Part shown: positions 60,307-64,000 of the stretch, in pieces
How positions within the stretch are numbered: position 1 is the stretch's first letter
Layout of the letters: every line of letters starts with the position of its first letter
DNA from: Sedimentisphaerales bacterium
Lineage (GTDB): Bacteria > Planctomycetota > Phycisphaerae > Sedimentisphaerales > SM23-30
Assembly: GCA_963663965.2 (NCBI GenBank)
Contig: CAXXFK010000036.1
Coordinates: forward strand, 1-64,000
DNA: 64,000 bases
Direction: 5' to 3'
Notes under the pieces: model-generated
Seen by the model: only the letters and a program-made list of their open reading frames with translations
Databases searched by the model: none
Told to the model about the DNA's origin: nothing
Program-made: the position numbers and the translations under genes

Positions 60307-63189
60307 ATGGTTAAGATGGCAGACAGTCAGCAGATCGTTCGAGAATTGGGAAGTGAACTGGCCGGACAGGTACTGGGTGATAATCTCACATTGGCGATGT
60401 ATAGTACGGATGCGAGCATCTTTCAGATCCGGCCGGCGTGTGTGGTAATTCCTGAGCATCGAGAAGATGTACAGACCGTAGTACGTTATGCCCGGGAGCA
60501 CGGATTGAGTGTGATCGCGCGGGGTTCGGGCAGCGGTCTGGCGGGTGAGAGTCTGGGTGAGGGGATTGTTCTGGATTTTACCAGTCGGATGAACCGGATG
60601 CTGGGAGTTGATCTGGAACGGGATACGGTGACTGTACAGCCGGGGGTGGTATTGGAATGGCTGAACCGTCAGTTACGGGTTCATGGCAAGATGGTGGGAC
60701 CGGATCCGGCCAGTGGTTCACGGGCCACGTTTGGCGGGATGATCGCCAATAACGCCACCGGGGCGCATTCGCTGGTCTATGGGTATATCGGGGATCATTT
60801 AAAGGGATTGGAGATGGTCTGGAGTGATGGCGAGGCGGATCGCATGAATGGCGCGGGGATGGGGGAGCGATCAACCCGTTACACGGGGCAGGTGGGTGAT
60901 TTGCTGGCGGGAGTGAAAGGGTTGCTGGAAGCGAAGCGGCCGAAGAGTCCGCGGCATGGCAGCGGGTATAATCTGTATGGGACAATGGAAAATAACGGGA
61001 TTAACCTGAGGCAACTGATAGCGGGTTCGGAAGGAACGCTGGGGATTGTGACAGAGGCAGAAATCGGGTTGGTGGATATCCCGAGGGTTAAAATGCTGGC
61101 GCAGCTTAATTTCGATACGCTGGGAGCGATGGCCCGCTGTGTGCCGGCGATTCTGGAACATGATCCGGCGGCGTGCGAATTGATGGATGGGACATTACTG
61201 GAATTGACGCGGGAGGCGCATCCGGATTATCGGGGGGTATTGCCGGATGGTGTGGCGGCTTCGCTGCTGGTTGAACTGGCCGGCGGCAGTGAGGGTGAGG
61301 TTCGTCGACGAATCGAACAATTTGGCGCGGCCATGCGCGGGTTGCCGGTTGCGGCACGGTGCCGGGATATGAAAGAGATTATCAGTGCGACTGATCAGGC
61401 GTTGGTGTGGAAGGCACGCAAGGCGGCGCTGCCGTTATTATTCCGGCGGAAGAGCGCGTATCAGCCGACGCCGATTATTGAAGATGTGGCGGTGCCGCCG
61501 GAGGCGCTGGGAGAGTATCTGGATGGACTGACGGAGATAACCAGGCGGTTAGAGATCCCCATCGCGTATTACGCACATGCGGGTCATGGCGAGATTCATC
61601 CGCGGCCATATTTAGATTTGCATCAGGCGTCCGAGATCAGGAAAATGCGTCAACTGGCGGATGAGGTCTTTAAGCTGGCATGGAAGCTGGGTGGCTCGAT
61701 CAGCGGAGAACATGGCGAAGGACTGGTGCGAGCCGCGTGGATCCGCCAGCAGGTGGGGGATGAGGTGTATGAGGTATTGCGCGGAATTAAAGGGGTATTT
61801 GACCCGGAGAACCGTCTTAATCCGGGCAAGATTATTAATGACGATCCGGATATCATGGAGAAAAATCTTCGGTTTCAGTATCCACGTTTGCGGGAGAACT
61901 GGCCAACAAACTTGGTATTTCGAAAAGATGAGTTCCGGGCGGAGATCGAGCAGTGTAACGGGAATGGTTTGTGCCGGACGGCCGATCCGACGTTGAGTAT
62001 GTGTCCGGTATTTCGGGCGACGGGGGATGAAAAGGCCAGTCCACGGGCGAAGGGTAATCTGATGCGCTGCTGGTTTGACGGGCTGCTGCCGGAGACCATT
62101 ATGCAGACGGCTGAGTTCAAGCAGATCGCGGATTTGTGCATTAACTGCAAGATGTGCGCGTCGGAGTGTCCCTCGCTGGTGAATATCCCCAAGCTGATGA
62201 TGGAGGCACGGGCGGAATATGTCAAGCATCATGGTTTGACGCGTGCGCAGTGGCTGCTGACGCGGAGCGAGTTGTTGAGTATGGCGGGCAGTCTGCTGGG
62301 TCCGGTGTCGAACGCGGTGTTGCGGATGCCGGTGGTTAAGCAGGTGATGGCGATGGCATTCGGGCTGGATCGGCGTCGGGATTTGCCGCCGTTTGACTGG
62401 GGTTGGAACCTGGGCAAGTTGCGGCGCTATCTGAAGCAGTCCGGGCAACCGAAACAGCCGCTGGCACGGGTGGTTTATTTTGTGGATTTATTCGCGAATT
62501 ATAATGATCACGCGTTGGGGCGGGCCACGGTTGATGTGTTGCGGCATCATGATATTGAGGTGGTGATTCCGGCGCAGATGGGTTGCGCGGTACCGGCGGT
62601 GAGTTATGGCGACCTGGGATTCGCGCGGATGGCGATTGAACATAATGTGCGGTCGCTGGTAGAATGGGCAAAGAGGGGATATCAGATTATTTGCAGTGAA
62701 CCGACGGCGGCGCTGGCGTTAAAACATGAATATCTGGATGTAGTCGGTAGCGCGGAGGCGCGACTGGTGAGCGGGCAGACGCGGGAGTTGACGGATTATC
62801 TGTCGGAGTTGCAGCGAAAAGGGCAATTGAAGGCCTTTGAGCGGCCGGTTAATTTAAAGCTGGCGTACCACCGGCCGTGTCATTATGAAGCGCTGGCGGT
62901 TGACGGGGGGACCGTGGCATTATTGAAAGGGATAGAGGGCTTACAGATTGAGCGTTTGCCGGTGAGTTGCTGCGGGATGGCCGGTACGTTTGGATTTCAG
63001 AGCAAGAGTTATGACCTGTCGATAAAGGCGGGCGAGCCAATGTTGCAGGGGTTGCAGGGATCGGATTGCGATTATGGCTTGACGGAGTGTTCGACCTGTA
63101 GAATGCAGATGGAAGGGATCGGACGCAAAAAAACGCTGCATCCGGTTAAGGTACTGGCAGCGGCATGGGGGTATGGGGAGATCGGTTGA
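60307..63189 (+). CDS. FAD-linked oxidase with 4Fe-4S and CCG domains (GlcD/GlcF-type fusion)
   Basis: 'YSTDAS', 'RGSGSGLAG', 'GSEGTLG', 'SGEHGEG', CxxCxxCxxxCP, 'CCGMAG'. Confidence 0.9.
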   Translation: MVKMADSQQIVRELGSELAGQVLGDNLTLAMYSTDASIFQIRPACVVIPEHREDVQTVVRYAREHGLSVIARGSGSGLAGESLGEGIVLDFTSRMNRMLGVDLERDTVTVQPGVVLEWLNRQLRVHGKMVGPDPASGSRATFGGMIANNATGAHSLVYGYIGDHLKGLEMVWSDGEADRMNGAGMGERSTRYTGQVGDLLAGVKGLLEAKRPKSPRHGSGYNLYGTMENNGINLRQLIAGSEGTLGIVTEAEIGLVDIPRVKMLAQLNFDTLGAMARCVPAILEHDPAACELMDGTLLELTREAHPDYRGVLPDGVAASLLVELAGGSEGEVRRRIEQFGAAMRGLPVAARCRDMKEIISATDQALVWKARKAALPLLFRRKSAYQPTPIIEDVAVPPEALGEYLDGLTEITRRLEIPIAYYAHAGHGEIHPRPYLDLHQASEIRKMRQLADEVFKLAWKLGGSISGEHGEGLVRAAWIRQQVGDEVYEVLRGIKGVFDPENRLNPGKIINDDPDIMEKNLRFQYPRLRENWPTNLVFRKDEFRAEIEQCNGNGLCRTADPTLSMCPVFRATGDEKASPRAKGNLMRCWFDGLLPETIMQTAEFKQIADLCINCKMCASECPSLVNIPKLMMEARAEYVKHHGLTRAQWLLTRSELLSMAGSLLGPVSNAVLRMPVVKQVMAMAFGLDRRRDLPPFDWGWNLGKLRRYLKQSGQPKQPLARVVYFVDLFANYNDHALGRATVDVLRHHDIEVVIPAQMGCAVPAVSYGDLGFARMAIEHNVRSLVEWAKRGYQIICSEPTAALALKHEYLDVVGSAEARLVSGQTRELTDYLSELQRKGQLKAFERPVNLKLAYHRPCHYEALAVDGGTVALLKGIEGLQIERLPVSCCGMAGTFGFQSKSYDLSIKAGEPMLQGLQGSDCDYGLTECSTCRMQMEGIGRKKTLHPVKVLAAAWGYGEIG

Positions 63190-63214
63190 GAACGGCGCAG
63201 ACTCAGAAGGCGAG

Positions 63215-64000
63215 TCAAACCATGGTATGAGCCTGGGCGATGATATTGAGCATGGCGGCGGCCTGTTTGCGGACTTCGCTATCGCTGTGAGTGACGCGGC
63301 CGTTCCATTTGCGGTATTCGCGGCTGAGATAATTTTTGATGTCGCCGGGCAGCATGTCCGGTTCGATCCCCAGGATAAAACCGGGATCAACCTGTTCCAT
63401 GCGGGTGACGGGCAGGTGGACTTCGAGGAGATTGCGGAAGCGGGAGCGGTTGATTTTAAAGCTGATAGCGAGATTATCAAGTTCGTGGAGTTCGGTCATA
63501 ACTACCTCACCACGGGTACATAATACATCCATACATTGGGTAAGAATGGCGATCAGCCGTTTGCGGGGTGACAGCCGGGTGAGTTCCCGAATCAGTTCTT
63601 TGCGGAGGTTCTGTGGCGATTTAAGGCGGGCCAGTCCTTTAAATAAAAGCGCTTTCAGATTGCCTTTGATGGTCATACCGGCCTGCAGAGCCGGCTGGTG
63701 ACCTTTGGGAACGAAGGTCCAGGCCAGAACTTCGCCAAGGTGGTCGATGTAGGGTTCGAGTTCGATTTCGTCGAGGAACCCATTTTCAGGATTGTGAATA
63801 ACAACGACAGATTGAGCCAGGGCCAGCGGGGTATTCATTTGCTCGTGATCGGCGTTGATGGAGGCGGTGACCAGGATTTTACGGTTGCCTCTACGGGCAA
63901 AATGCAGGTTATGATAATCGATATCGGCAATCGCGGTCCAATCGGACAGCGTGGCGGTACCCACGGGCAGTATGCCATTAGAAGCGGAGATGCGAACGGT
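63215..64000 (-). CDS. Hypothetical protein, 5' end probably outside the window
   Basis: Frame is open from 63964 and appears to continue to the window edge; C-terminus 'YRKWNGRVTHSD..VRKQA..ML'. Confidence 0.6.
   Translation of the reverse strand, partial: TVRISASNGILPVGTATLSDWTAIADIDYHNLHFARRGNRKILVTASINADHEQMNTPLALAQSVVVIHNPENGFLDEIELEPYIDHLGEVLAWTFVPKGHQPALQAGMTIKGNLKALLFKGLARLKSPQNLRKELIRELTRLSPRKRLIAILTQCMDVLCTRGEVVMTELHELDNLAISFKINRSRFRNLLEVHLPVTRMEQVDPGFILGIEPDMLPGDIKNYLSREYRKWNGRVTHSDSEVRKQAAAMLNIIAQAHTMV

Overview
A 64-kb bacterial window. Gene content suggests a Planctomycetota (Phycisphaerae/Sedimentisphaerales-like) genome: secreted CAZymes and a sulfatase, dockerin-like protein tails, a FecR-NPCBM protein and PQQ-type propellers. 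This taxonomy is an inference only. Core genes include arfB, a type IV pilus operon (pilMNO-x-BTC plus minor pilins), a ParA-CBM48 fusion, glyA and an FAD/Fe-S oxidoreductase. The main result is an intact IS110 element (6071-7639) whose bridge-RNA system can be read from the sequence. It has a CT core at both ends, a TTGACA-N17-TATACT promoter that forms only on circularisation, and target- and donor-binding loops whose guides match the flanks and the element ends. The element sits in a REP-like palindrome inside a ~4-kb array of 8 modular hairpin-cassette units of ~285-316 bp. That array abuts an uncharacterised 'NAQKSTGPKTPEGK' gene that carries the array's own motif. Also noted: a repeat-flanked GxxExxY nuclease module, a 3-copy MITE family (one copy truncating an ECF sigma gene), a recurrent 25-bp intergenic palindrome, a GH32 with a circularly permuted LamG insert, and a pilX-like gene broken by homopolymer frameshifts that are probably read errors. 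No rRNA, tRNA or CRISPR array was seen. All calls come from reading motifs by eye; no searches were run.
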